Part shown: positions 13,162 to 23,886 of the stretch, in pieces | Layout of the letters: every line of letters starts with the position of its first letter | How positions within the stretch are numbered: the first letter of the stretch is position 1 | Origin: Gracilinanus agilis | Lineage: Eukaryota | Assembly (NCBI RefSeq): GCF_016433145.1 | Contig: NC_058135.1 | Coordinates: 76,240,637 to 76,304,636 of the forward strand | Direction: 5' to 3' | DNA: 64,000 nt | Position numbers and translations under genes: made by a program | The notes under the pieces: generated by a model | The model's input: only the letters and a program-made list of their open reading frames with translations | Told to the model about the DNA's origin: nothing | Databases searched by the model: none

Positions 13162-14247
13162 TGTAATGCAAAAGTTGCAAGAGGGGTTTTTTGCTCTTGC
13201 AGAGGGCCAACTGAAAATTTCTGGCAGTTAGAAGCCTTAGAATTCTGAGAGAGTTCAGTTGGTCCCTGACGCTTGAGCAGAGTGGAAGGATCAACCAGAG
13301 CTCTATTTGGCTTTCAGTTTGCTTTGGCCTGTGCCTTGTCTTTGGATAATTTGTACCTAACTAATTTCTCTGGACCTCTCTCTGATCTTCTCCATATTAT
13401 TTCCCTATTTCCCTGCCTGTTTTCCCTGGGCTCTGGGAGGCAGGGAGGTTTTTGGATTTTTAGTGAAAAGACTTTGTGGGTTTAGTTTTCCCCAATAGGC
13501 AAGTAGGACATCCTTGAATTCAAACTATCCCCTTAGTATACCTTCTACCTTAAAAAGCAGCCAAATCTTCCCAGGCTGAGAGAGCAGGTTCTCTCTCTGT
13601 CTAACCCATTCCTGAGACCCTCCCCATCTTGAGTTTCTCCCTAGCAGCTGTCAGAAACCCCAAACTCCTCTCTCCTTCCAGACCATCCCTGGGACATTAA
13701 TAAACCCTTGTTACCTAATCAAACCCCCTGGAGAATCTTTGTGTTGAAGAATTAGGCAAGGGTGAGGGGAAGGAATAATTCTCTTTATTTCCTGAGGGAA
13801 ACTAGAGGCATCCATCTTGGGAGGAAGTAGTTGCCCAACACTTCCTCCTGGATCCCTTCAGTTTCACTGACAGGGAGGAGCCTTGTGATTCCTCCTTTGA
13901 GGGCTTGAGAAACTGACAAGAAAGCCCTCAAGTCAGATTTAAACCACTTCTGTCTGGCCCTATTCCTTGTATCTGTAAAAGTACCTTTCCTGCCTGGAAG
14001 GCTTCAACCTATTACCCCAGTATCCTCTGTCTCTAGCCTGGGTGTCTGGTCTATGTTAGCTACCTCTCCTGAACACCTTACCCTGTACCCTTACCATCCT
14101 AATACCGCCTTGTCCATTCCTCCCCAAACCCAGCCATCCTTTTCATTCCTCTCCTATTACCTCAATCACCTTTACCCCTCTGTCACTCAGCAAGGGAAGG
14201 AGATCACACCCCCCAACTATAGTGTACCCCCCTTTTTATCCATAACA
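13162..14247 (+). mobile_element. Solo LTR, ~1086 bp (ERV1-like)
   Basis: Starts TGTAAT, ends ..TAACA; near-TSD ttac (13158-13161)/ttgc (14248-14251); AATAAA at 13699-13704; GC-richer than flanks; the flanks rejoin into a continuous old L1 3' fragment. Confidence 0.75.
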
Positions 14248-14348
14248 TTGCACATTCAGTTAATTTCTAGTTTGTTTTTTTATTACAAATAAAGCTGCTA
14301 TGAAAATCATTAAATAGATAGGTTTTTGTTTTTTTATAACATTCAAAG

Positions 14349-14734
14349 TATTAAGATAAAAAATAATAAAGGCTGATATAAATATAGAAATTAGTATTTT
14401 TATTAAAGCCATGCTGATAGATAAAGTCATTAGACCACGTGCTTGTAAGAATTTAAAACTGCCTCCCCAGCCATTATTGTTACCTCCCGTCTCTTCCTGA
14501 AATCTGCTAGCCAAGAAGTGGTAGCTAAAAAGGAGTTCCTCCTCACCCCAGAGATTTAAACTGTCCTCTGCGTGGTGACATAGGCGTCCCCACGCCCAAA
14601 GAACAGGAAATGGAAACCCGTTGGACCACGGGAAATGTAGTTTGATAGTTCCCACGTGTCCATAGGGGGAAAAAATATATATATATATATATATATATAC
14701 TTTTAGATGGCATCTCCCAAATTTCACTTTTACA
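14349..14734 (-). promoter_or_regulatory. 3' LTR (~386 bp) with promoter-like motifs and poly(A) signal
   Basis: Minus strand order: TG start, (TA)n, AAACTACATTTCCC (plus 14630-14641), TTTCCTGT (ETS-like), GGGCGTGGG (KLF/SP-like), TTTAAA (TATA-like), AATAAA (plus 14399-14404), end ..ttatcttaaTA (degenerate CA). 8 CpGs in 14437-14657. Confidence 0.65.
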
Positions 14735-16862
14735 ATTCCCCCTGAGGGCCAGCAAAAAAAAGGTTAGCCCTTTTTCTTTGCTGGACCTGTAAAAATAGAC
14801 AACTTCTAAAATTTAGGAATTTGGGGGATAAAAGAAATAGATGAACGAATGGGTGGAATTAGCCACATTGACAAAAAACCAATTTGGGGGCAGTCCCCTA
14901 TTGGTATAACAGTGTACAATTAAAACAATATATACAACTCAATTTCAAATCCCCATAGTTCAATCAACTGCACCCCAAAGTTCAAAATTTGGTCTTCATG
15001 GTACAGTGAAGGCTTTTCAGACATCTTCATGGTATCTTCACCAAACAGGTTTGTCGTCTGGATTCTGGGGAGATGGCAAGATCCTTATCCTGAAATTATT
15101 CTCAAAAGAATTTAAACTTTACATTATAGATTACAAAACATACATTTTCTTCTAAGATTTATACAATTCCCCCTGAAATTACTCCTAAAAGAGTTAAATA
15201 TACATATATTTTGACATTATCGAATTTTAAAAAACTTAACAGATATCCCCCTGAGGTAAATTTTAAACACACCTTTCTTTCCTTAAAAAGGGTACCTCAG
15301 GTCAGCTAAGGATGAGTGGCTGAGTCCTGGGGGTTGTATGAAATTGGCAAAATACAAAGAATAAAATTCAAGAAAAAAGAAGAAAAATTAACTTGTGAAT
15401 GAAATGTAAAATGTGCAAAAAATCTGGGGAAAATAAACTTAGACCTTTGAATGAAGGTCTAATTAAAGTGAATTCAGCAGATTGCAATTACCCATTCAGG
15501 GCCAGGACTTAAGGAAAATGTCTCTCTCTGATCTGACATCATCAGCTTTTCAGGGAACTGAGCCAAATAAATAACCAATCTTAGGTGCTTTCTAGGAATC
15601 TAAGTCGAGGGGACCCTCGTCCTCTAAAGTTTTAGAAAAGACTGGGACTCCAGGACTCAAACCCCAATTTCCAAGCCCTAAAGTATTGGCATAGAACTCT
15701 GCAATCCATGCATATCTTTTAGTCAAGTCTCTGACCATGTGGCTCGGCACTTCTCCTGGAATCAGAGAGGCATTAAATCACAATCCCATAGTCTCAAGGG
15801 TCTTCAGGCTCAGGTATTTGCATTGAGCTCATTTTGCTGTAGAATCAAAAAAAAAGGATAAATAATGATTATATATGTACTTCCAGTACAAGATGAGAAA
15901 AAAGGAAAAATCAATTGCTCTGATTAAAAAAATGTTTTAAAAATCAAATATAGCTTAGAACTAGAAGGGTTATGTTACCCAAAAATGAGATTTTCATTCT
16001 GTGAGTATAAATGGATCTTACAAATAGCAGATTCACAATGCACATTCAAATAGAGTACCATTATTTCCAATAGCACATTTTAAAACAATAAACAATGATG
16101 TTTAAAAATCATATACTTATTATAACTTTTAAATCTTGGCTAAGAGTTTCTCAACAAACTCTGTTATTGTTTCCATAGCAAAATCTGATATTTAAAAAAG
16201 AAACCTTCTGGTATAATCATCCTCAGATAAGAATATACAGGAGCTCCTTGGCTTCCTGTTTTAAAAAAATCCTGGGTAGGAAATGCTTCTACCCATTTAA
16301 GGCAATAATTTCTCTTATAATAAAATATATAAAAGCTTTATCCTTTAAGACAACAATTCTTAAGGATTTAAAGTAAGACCTCTTGTAAAATTACAAGGTA
16401 ATTCTCAAAGCATGGAAACTTCCAAGTTTCTTTACAATTACCAAGACAGAATAAATTTTAAAAGACATGTGCTCTATAAATCCAGTAGTATCAGATCAAC
16501 AAGCTGGTTAAAACCTCTTACCAGTTATAATAGATTTTTCTCATTATTTGGGAGTTACAATAAAATCATAACAGAATTAATCTAGCAGCCACAAACTACA
16601 TTAACTTAAAATGATTCAGTGCAACAGGAAAATCATCGAAATAAGCAAGATTAATTTACAAACTAATTAGCAAAATACAGTAAGATATAGTCTTTTAAAA
16701 ACAGAAATAAAACTCATTCAGTTCCGAGGTTTAAAAGTTCACCCCTTGCTCAATTTAAGGTTCTTTTGATTGAGTTCTGCTGAGTTTAAGGGTTTTTTTT
16801 TTAATAATCAGTCTTTGCTCTCAGTTCAAAGTTCTGAGCAGGTATGGGGGTGAATTTTTACA
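14349..16862 (-). mobile_element. Non-coding ERV/LTR-retrotransposon-like element with a single (3') LTR
   Basis: Minus strand: PPT tcagggggaat followed by TGTAAAAG at 14734; direct repeat caaag at both junctions (14344-14348, 16861-16865); A-rich internal region with no gag/pol/env ORF recognised. Confidence 0.7.
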
Positions 16863-16914
16863 AAGGTATATTCTCAACTGTTTAATTTTGGTGTCCAAGA
16901 GGATATGTTCAAAG

Positions 16915-17060
16915 GGTGGTGTGGTGGAAAGTCAGAGAATCTGAGATTTAGGACGCTGTGAGCAAGTCACCAAACTTCCCTGAGCATCTATTTCTGTAAA
17001 ATGAGGGAGTTGAACTAGATGGCCTGTAAGATCTTTTCCAGCCTTAAATCTATGATTCTG
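16915..17060 (+). mobile_element. MIR/CORE-SINE
   Basis: gtgagcaagtcac...ctgtaaaatgagggagttgaactagatggcctgtaagatcttttccagccttaaatctatgattct. Confidence 0.8.
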
Positions 17061-17435
17061 CTGTTATTTTATCCTTAACTTTGTACTGTCAGATCATTTC
17101 AAAAACATTTTCCAAGTTTGCAATTAGATAGGATCAAACTGAGCCTAAACTCATTGACTCATAACTTGTCAAAGGTGAAAGGTGCCTTAGAGGCTGCCAT
17201 ATTCTACCTTCTCCTATTTCACAAAAGAAAACAATATTAATGTCATAACAGGTACTAGAACCCAGTTTTCCTGACTTCAAGTTGAATGTTCTTTCAGCCA
17301 GGTGGTTGAAATTTGTCCTTTCTGGGAAAACAGAGAAACTGGCCATTCCTGGTCAGGATGAGTAGCTAGAGAGGAAGCATTCTGTTTCCATCCTTTAACG
17401 CATACCCTGGCCCTCTACATTACCCTTCCAGCTCT

Positions 17436-17525
17436 GTTGTTGTTGTTGTTGTCGTCGTCGTTGTTGTTGTTGTTGTTGTTGTTGTTGTCGTCGTCGTCGT
17501 TGTTGTTGTTGTTGTTGTTGTTGTT
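17436..17525. repeat. Compound trinucleotide repeat (GTT)5(GTC)3(GTT)9(GTC)4(GTT)9
   Basis: Counted directly; 30 triplets. Confidence 0.97.
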
Positions 17526-18879
17526 ATTGACCTACAGTCACCAGACCTCCACTGGTGATGACTTCGTTCCTTTAGTCTTCTACTAAAGTCAAGCAGTATA
17601 TTTATATATATAGCATGTTGGGGGTGTGTGGGGAGGAATGGAATACATATTGTTAAGTTTAATCTACATTTTTAATCCTTTCTTAAATCTAGACAATCAA
17701 CAAAAGAATAAATCAAGGTCTGATATGTAGAAATTGTTGATTTCTGAGATGTAAATGGTCACACTGAAGACTTAACAATGGGCCACCCTTGAAATCCTTA
17801 GAACTTGTTCCTAGAAAAGTATAAAAAAATTCCTGGAGCCCAGTGAAACCCTTAGAAGTCAAGGAAAGCCTGGCTTTTTCATGGAGGCTCTTGGGCTTTC
17901 TTCTTTCCTTGCCTAGTCCCAATTGAAATGTTTCAATCATCAGCTTTCCTTATCTTTTGACAGCCTGAAGAAAATGGATCCCTGAAATGTTTGACTTGCC
18001 TGAAGTCAGTGTGAGATGCTTGGATTTGAATTCTTCTTCTTTTGACTAAAAATCCAACATTCTCACCCTTCTACCCCATGGATCTCAATGCTTTACAAAT
18101 GTGTTTGCAGTATAATTTTGGAAAATAATTTGTCTAATCATTTTGAAGGCATAACCTTTTAGAATTTTAAATGATAAATTGTAGACCTTTTAAATCAAGC
18201 ATAATCCATTTATGGGGAGAAAAAAAGTTAATAACATTTTGCCTGCTAAAGAAAGCATAATAATCCATAGTTCACAGATTTTTTTCTTCTTCTAAATTAT
18301 TATTTTATTGACCCTTTTTCTAATAAAAAGAAATGTGTATATGAGGGAAAATGGCCATTAGAGGCCAGTTTATAGCCATAAGTGGCTGTAAAAATTACAT
18401 TGTTTACTTCAAATGAATTATCTGTACTTAATTTTTAGAGAAAATTACTTAGGATTAATAAAATCCCTTAAGCAAACTCCATCCCAGGTTACTATGCAAC
18501 TGTCTATAAAAATAATCTGGCCTAGTGGAAATAATGGTAAACTAGTGACCTCATTCCTCTTCAGGAAACTTGGTTTCCGTTCTGGGTCCTTGGTCTTCAG
18601 GGTCCTGGTCTCTGGGTGCTCACTGTTTGGAAGATAGTAAAGTTAGAAGAATCCCAATGAGACATAACTTCACAACTCCCAATTATAATGGAACAGAAAT
18701 TGCAGAGCCAAGACTTCAAACAGCACTCAGTAAAATTAAATAAAAAATAAGGTAGTTCGTGGAATCTGGGAGTATAGGGTATACAGCTTGTTATTTTAAC
18801 TTATCGGCCCTATATAAGGTAGGTGTCCACTTAGGTTTTTGCATTTGGTTGATTTATAGGAATAATTTGAGATGGTAAC

Positions 18880-19090
18880 AATGAAAGACAGCCTGGTAGA
18901 GTAGATATTGAGCCAATCTCCTAGTTGAGTCAGATTAGGCTTCAAGGTCGGCCATGGATTGTTCATCTGAGGCAAATCACTTAATGATTTTGTGTCACTC
19001 AGAAAAATCTCTAAAATTCAGAATTCCAGAGTAGCTGTTGGCCTGCATTGGTAATGGGAGATTTCTTTGACAGGGAAATCACACACAAGT
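18880..19090 (+). mobile_element. CORE-SINE with marsupial-type tail (subfamily uncertain)
   Basis: ggcaaatcacttaa...ctgcattggtaatgggagatttc...gaaatcacac; the same tail type occurs at 35330-35530 and 36330-36555. Confidence 0.6.
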
Positions 19091-19308
19091 CTGGGAAAAC
19101 AAACAAAACCCAGCAAAAATAACAGCTAATATTTGATATATCACTTTAAGATTTTTAAGGCACTTTGCAGACATCTCATTTTATCCTCACAACTAGTGTG
19201 TATGGGTATTACCTTCACTTAGCAGACATTAAATAAATCCTTACTGAGATTAAATCCCCACTGGTAGATGCCACTGTTCTAAATGAGTATTGTGCATTTG
19301 TGTATGTT

Positions 19309-19342
19309 CAGGGTGTCCCAAAAGTCTTAGGTTAGTTTTTAG
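19309..19342 (+). mobile_element. Tc1/mariner-type MITE, one TIR arm only
   Basis: cagggtgtcccaaaagtcttagg resembles a short palindromic marsupial Tc1/mariner MITE end (recalled); the partner arm is absent. Confidence 0.45.
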
Positions 19343-20515
19343 TATGCACCCATGTGTGTAAAATACTGAGTGTCAACCAACATTGTCTGCATTACAAATG
19401 TAAGAATTTGGTCTTTCCGCTTACACTGAATTATAATTGCAATATGCTTAACAGTAGATGCTGAATGTGGTACATTTTTTCCCTGTTTATAACAATTATA
19501 ACTACACAGCTCAGAAGTAGTGACATAATTATGGTAAAATAGGGGGAAATTGCTCTTCTGAAAGATATATAAAAATGGTGCCACTGAAGAAAGCCCATTG
19601 TTCATCCTCTTAGAACAGTGGGCAGTAGAGTGAAAGGATTCCACAGCAACGCCCTCTCAAACAATTATCTACAGGACATCAAAAAACAAGATAAAATACT
19701 CCTTGCTCTGTGAAACTAGTTAATAAATGAATAGAACACTCTCATAGTTAAAACTGAGCAAATTACTTCAGTTAAAGAAACAATGTTTTGAAACTATTCG
19801 ACGTGTGCTTTACTTCATCTTCTTTTTTTAATAGTGTCCTTAGGCTTGCGAGAAATCCAAATTTTTGTAACCGTATTTGATATATTATCGATTTTTGTCT
19901 TTTTGACCACAAATATTGGTGATGCCTTTATTCCTGCTGCCTCCCTGAACAAATCCTTCCAGTCTAGTCAGAGATACTTGTTGCCTTAGCAGATCAATCC
20001 ATAAGCATTTATTAGACACCTACTAAATACCAGATGGTGGACTAAGCACTAGGGATACAAGCAAAGGGGAATGACCAGTTATGTTCTTGAGAATGTTATA
20101 GACTCTTAGACTGGGGAGACAATATGAAAACAAATATATGCCAAGTCTATACTAGATAAATTTGAGATGCTCACTAGAGAAGGCCCTAGAGTTAAAGGAG
20201 ATTCAGGAAAGGCTTCTTAAAGAAGGTTGAATGTTAGCTAAGTCTTAAAGAAAGCCAGGAAATCTAGGATGTGGAGATGAGGAGGGAGAGTTTTCCAGGC
20301 ATAATAGATAGCTGAGGTTTTGGAGATGGAGTATCTTGTGTGAGGAACAATAAGGGGGCTACTGCCACTGGAGCATAGACTATGTGTGTATGTGTATTGA
20401 TGATGGCTGTCAGAGGAAGAGGTAAGAAAACTGGAAGGGTAGGAGGGGCCAGGTTGAAAAGGACTTAGAATGCCAAATGGAAGATTTTATATTTGATTCT
20501 AGAGATGATAGTAAG

Positions 20516-20680
20516 NNNNNNNNNNNNNNNNNNNNNNNNNNNNNNNNNNNNNNNNNNNNNNNNNNNNNNNNNNNNNNNNNNNNNNNNNNNNNNNNNNNNN
20601 NNNNNNNNNNNNNNNNNNNNNNNNNNNNNNNNNNNNNNNNNNNNNNNNNNNNNNNNNNNNNNNNNNNNNNNNNNNNNNNN
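20516..20680. other. Assembly gap (165 N)
   Basis: Run of N. Confidence 0.99.
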
Positions 20681-20879
20681 GCATTTTAAGGAAGATTAAT
20701 TTGACAGCTTAGTGGAGGATAGACTGGAGTGAGAAGAGACTTGTGGCAGAGAGACGTGCCAACCAACTTAGCAGTCTATTCCAGTAGTCCAGGTAGGAGA
20801 TGCTGAGAGCCTCTACCAAGATGGTAGAAGTAAGAGAGAAGAGGACATATATCAGAACTTTGCAAGGGGAAAATGGATG

Positions 20880-21022
20880 GGAGTTTATATACAGCCTATA
20901 TCATAATGCCTGCCATCTTGGGCAAGGGGAAGGGTTAGGAGGGAAGGAGAGAACATGGACCACAAAATGTCAAAAAATGATCATTGAAAATTATACCATG
21001 GGAAAACTCAATAAATTTTTTT
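20880..21022 (+). mobile_element. Short 5'-truncated L1 3' end nested in L2
   Basis: ggaagggttaggagggaaggagagaacatggaccacaaaatgtc...ctcaataaa; 8-bp TSD aatggatg at 20872-20879 and 21023-21030. Confidence 0.7.
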
Positions 21023-21399
21023 AATGGATGCGACTTGGCAACAACTTGGATATAGAGGATGAGAGAGAATAAGGAGTTGAGGATGACATCTGGGTGGTAA
21101 GCTGGTGGAATGGTAATGCCCTTAAGATTTGGAAGAGAGAGATAATGAGTTCAGTTTTGGACATATTGAACTGTCTAGAGGACATCTAAGGTGGAGGCGT
21201 TTAATGTGTAGTTAGAGGTATAAATTTGGAGTTTGAAAAAGTATAGAGTTGAGAAGTCATTAGCATAGAAATGGTATTTGAATCCATGGGAATTGATGAG
21301 ATAGCCAAGTGAAATAACATCAAAAGAGAATTGAGCTCAGACAGTGCCCTGCAAGATGCTTCACTTTAGCCAGGCATGACCTGGATGAAAGAAGATCTA

Positions 21400-21550
21400 G
21401 AAAAATCACTTAATCTTCCCTTGCCTCAGTTTCCTCATTTGTAAAATAGAGATAATGGTGCCTGTCTCTCAGGGTTATTATGAGAATAATATTTCAAAGA
21501 ATTTTTTGGCAAACCTTAAAGCACTGTATAACTGTTAGCTATTTTATTAT
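21400..21550 (+). mobile_element. MIR 3' half
   Basis: aaatcacttaatcttcccttgcctcagtttcctcatttgtaaaatagagataat...aaagcactgtata. Confidence 0.85.
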
Positions 21551-23686
21551 CATATTTATTATATTTCATAATTATATTTTTAATTTTTTTAGAGTTCTTA
21601 AAAAAACAACATTGGGGCAAGTAGATCGTACAAATATTATAAATATTTTTTGTGTGGGTGGGGAAAAGAGCAACAGGCTTCGTGGTCTCATTGGTGTAGG
21701 GAACTTGTTCTCTTCCATCTTGCCCCCAGCAGTGCAGGTCAGCAATTCTTCTATGATTAAAATTCTAGTGACTGACTCAAAGTCACATAGCCATTATATG
21801 TCAAAGGTAGGACTTCGTTCTAGGTCCTCAAGGTAGCTTTAAAACCTTGAGCTTTTTGTACTACATCACAGTGAAATGAGCTATTTTACCTTTATCAGGA
21901 AATCAGATCTCTCAAAGAATCCGGCTCTACTTTAAAAACGTTTTAAATTTCTTCAAAACTGAATAATATTACAGATACTGCTTTAATCCAGCAGCTCTGA
22001 TTAAACCATATTCCACCATGTTCCCTGCTTCTCTCTCTTAATTCTGGTTCATGCCCTTTCATCCCAGAGTGAAAAAGTCCCAGGTTGAGGAGATAATGAT
22101 CCATTGGCTTTGCAGGACACTATCATTGTAAAATTTCGTCCCTCTTTACTAAAACAGAATTCACAAAACAGATCCATTTAGAGGTAATCATTGATGCCAT
22201 AGAAGGCCATTCACTTTACACAAACATTTCATAGCAGTCCTTTCTTATAATGAGCTCCTTTAGTGGATTTAAAATAACAAATTTATCAAATCTCAGTTTA
22301 TATGCGAGCATTTAAGGAATAAATCTATTAATTGAGTAAGGTTTTAAACTTGGAAATTTATTTCACTTCAAATTATAGTGCCTAAACTAAAAGGTAATTT
22401 CTGGAAGAAGCCCTTAGTTAATATTTATATATGGAGTTCTTGAGCCTGACACTCATTTTGTAGCTAGGTTAAATTTTCAGTCTAATCCTAATTTCAGGTT
22501 CGGCCTCAACATATTTATGCCATTTTATAGGTGAAGAAAGAGACAAAGAAATGTTGCTCAAGGGCACAGGTAGAGTCAAGATTTGAATTCTAGTCTTTTG
22601 AATCTTCTCTCCCCCTCCCCAATATATATTACATATATGTGATCATATAGTGCTTTTGCTATTACTTTCCTGTAATCTTTAATGCTGAGTATCCATCCAT
22701 CTATCTATAATGTGTATATCTATTTGGTATGTATAAATAAATAACAGCTGGCATAATGGGGGCATGGGGATGGCATCGATAGATGTTAGATAATAGGCTT
22801 CCTCTTGAGGAGAAAAGTCAGCACAGTAGCTTGGAAGGGGAGGGGATGCAAGCCTTTGAGTACCGACCTACTTAGAACCTCCTTATTTTAGCCTTCCAAG
22901 AGTATCAGATTAGACTTATATGTTCCCAACCTACCCCCAAATATAATATAATACATGTTGCTTGTCTAGAGACATCGTAGCATCGAGGCTGCTACCTTCC
23001 CTGATCACTATAGTGCAACAGAGAAGGGTAGCCTCTAGGTTACTCTTGCTACATTGACTTCTCTCCACATGTGCTAATTATACAATAGACTGGCACAGAG
23101 AGTGAATAACAAATAAACCCATTTATTTGAACAAATACTAAACAGAATTTGGAAGCAGTGTATAGATTGGAATAGAGTAGGAATACTGAGTGAATGAAGT
23201 TTTCACCTGGCAGTGAGGTATCTTAGTTCAAATCAAGAGACAAAGAAACCCCGATTTCACCCAAAGGGAAATCCCCAAAAGTCTCTTAGGAAAGCAGGCT
23301 GGAAATCAGGGACATATTTAGGAATTGTCCTTCCTTTCAGACCTGTAGTTTTCAAAGCCTGTCTCTTTCCATATATCCATATATAGTCAGCCCTAAGCCA
23401 ATATGGTGCCATGCATGTCTTCTAAAGAAGAAAAGGAAAAAAGCCCCTTTTCTCTGGAGCTTTCTCATCAGCGTCTCCCAATTGTGTAATCATCAGCATT
23501 ACATCATCATTCTCTTTACCTATTAGGAGAATCTCCTATAAAATGTTCTACATAAACATACTGGTGTATGCTGGAGTGAGCTCTTTACTGTTTCCCAAAC
23601 CCAAATTTCAAAAACAGCAAACACTTCAAAATCAGGTTTTGATTTATTGATTTTGTTTATTATAAGTCTTAAGAAAGTGATAAATA

Positions 23687-23886
23687 GGGGGCAGCTGGGT
23701 AGCTCAGTGGATTGAGAGTCAGGCCTAGAGATGGGAGGTCCTAGGTTCAAATCTGGCTTCAGACACTTCCCAGCTGTGTGACCCTGGGCAAGTCACTTGA
23801 CCCCCATTGCCTACCCTTACCACTCTTCTGCCTTGGAGACAATACACAGTATTGACTCCAAGACGGAAGGTAAGGGTTTAAAAAAA
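23687..23886 (+). mobile_element. Full-length young SINE1_Mdo-type SINE
   Basis: gggggcagctgggtagctcagtggattgagag...ggttcaaatctgg...gacggaaggtaagggtttaaaa; exact 13-bp TSD aaagtgataaata (23674-23686, 23887-23899). Confidence 0.95.

Larger units (their letters stand above)
19990..21390 (-). mobile_element. L2 LINE (3' ~1.4 kb), interrupted by a gap and an L1 piece
   Basis: caatccataagcatttattagacacctac...actaagcactagggatac; ggaaaggcttcttaaagaagg; agttttggacatattgaa. Confidence 0.85.

Noticed and set aside
14260-14727. Longest ORF in the track (155 aa, minus strand)
   Set aside because: It lies in LTR sequence and runs through a (TA)n repeat (YIYIYI); there is no homology to gag/pol/env or any protein I recognise.
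16887-16905. tggtgtccaagagg as a primer-binding site
   Set aside because: It is on the opposite strand from the LTR/PPT, outside the element boundary, and I could not match it to a tRNA 3' end.
20477-20699. ORFs spanning poly-X (also 44330-44701)
   Set aside because: Artefacts of N gaps.
23266-23276. GGGAAATCCC NF-kB consensus site
   Set aside because: A single 10-mer is expected by chance; no supporting context.
23687-23760. tRNA gene
   Set aside because: The A/B-box-like head belongs to a tRNA-derived SINE; there is no cloverleaf or terminator. The same applies to the other SINE heads.
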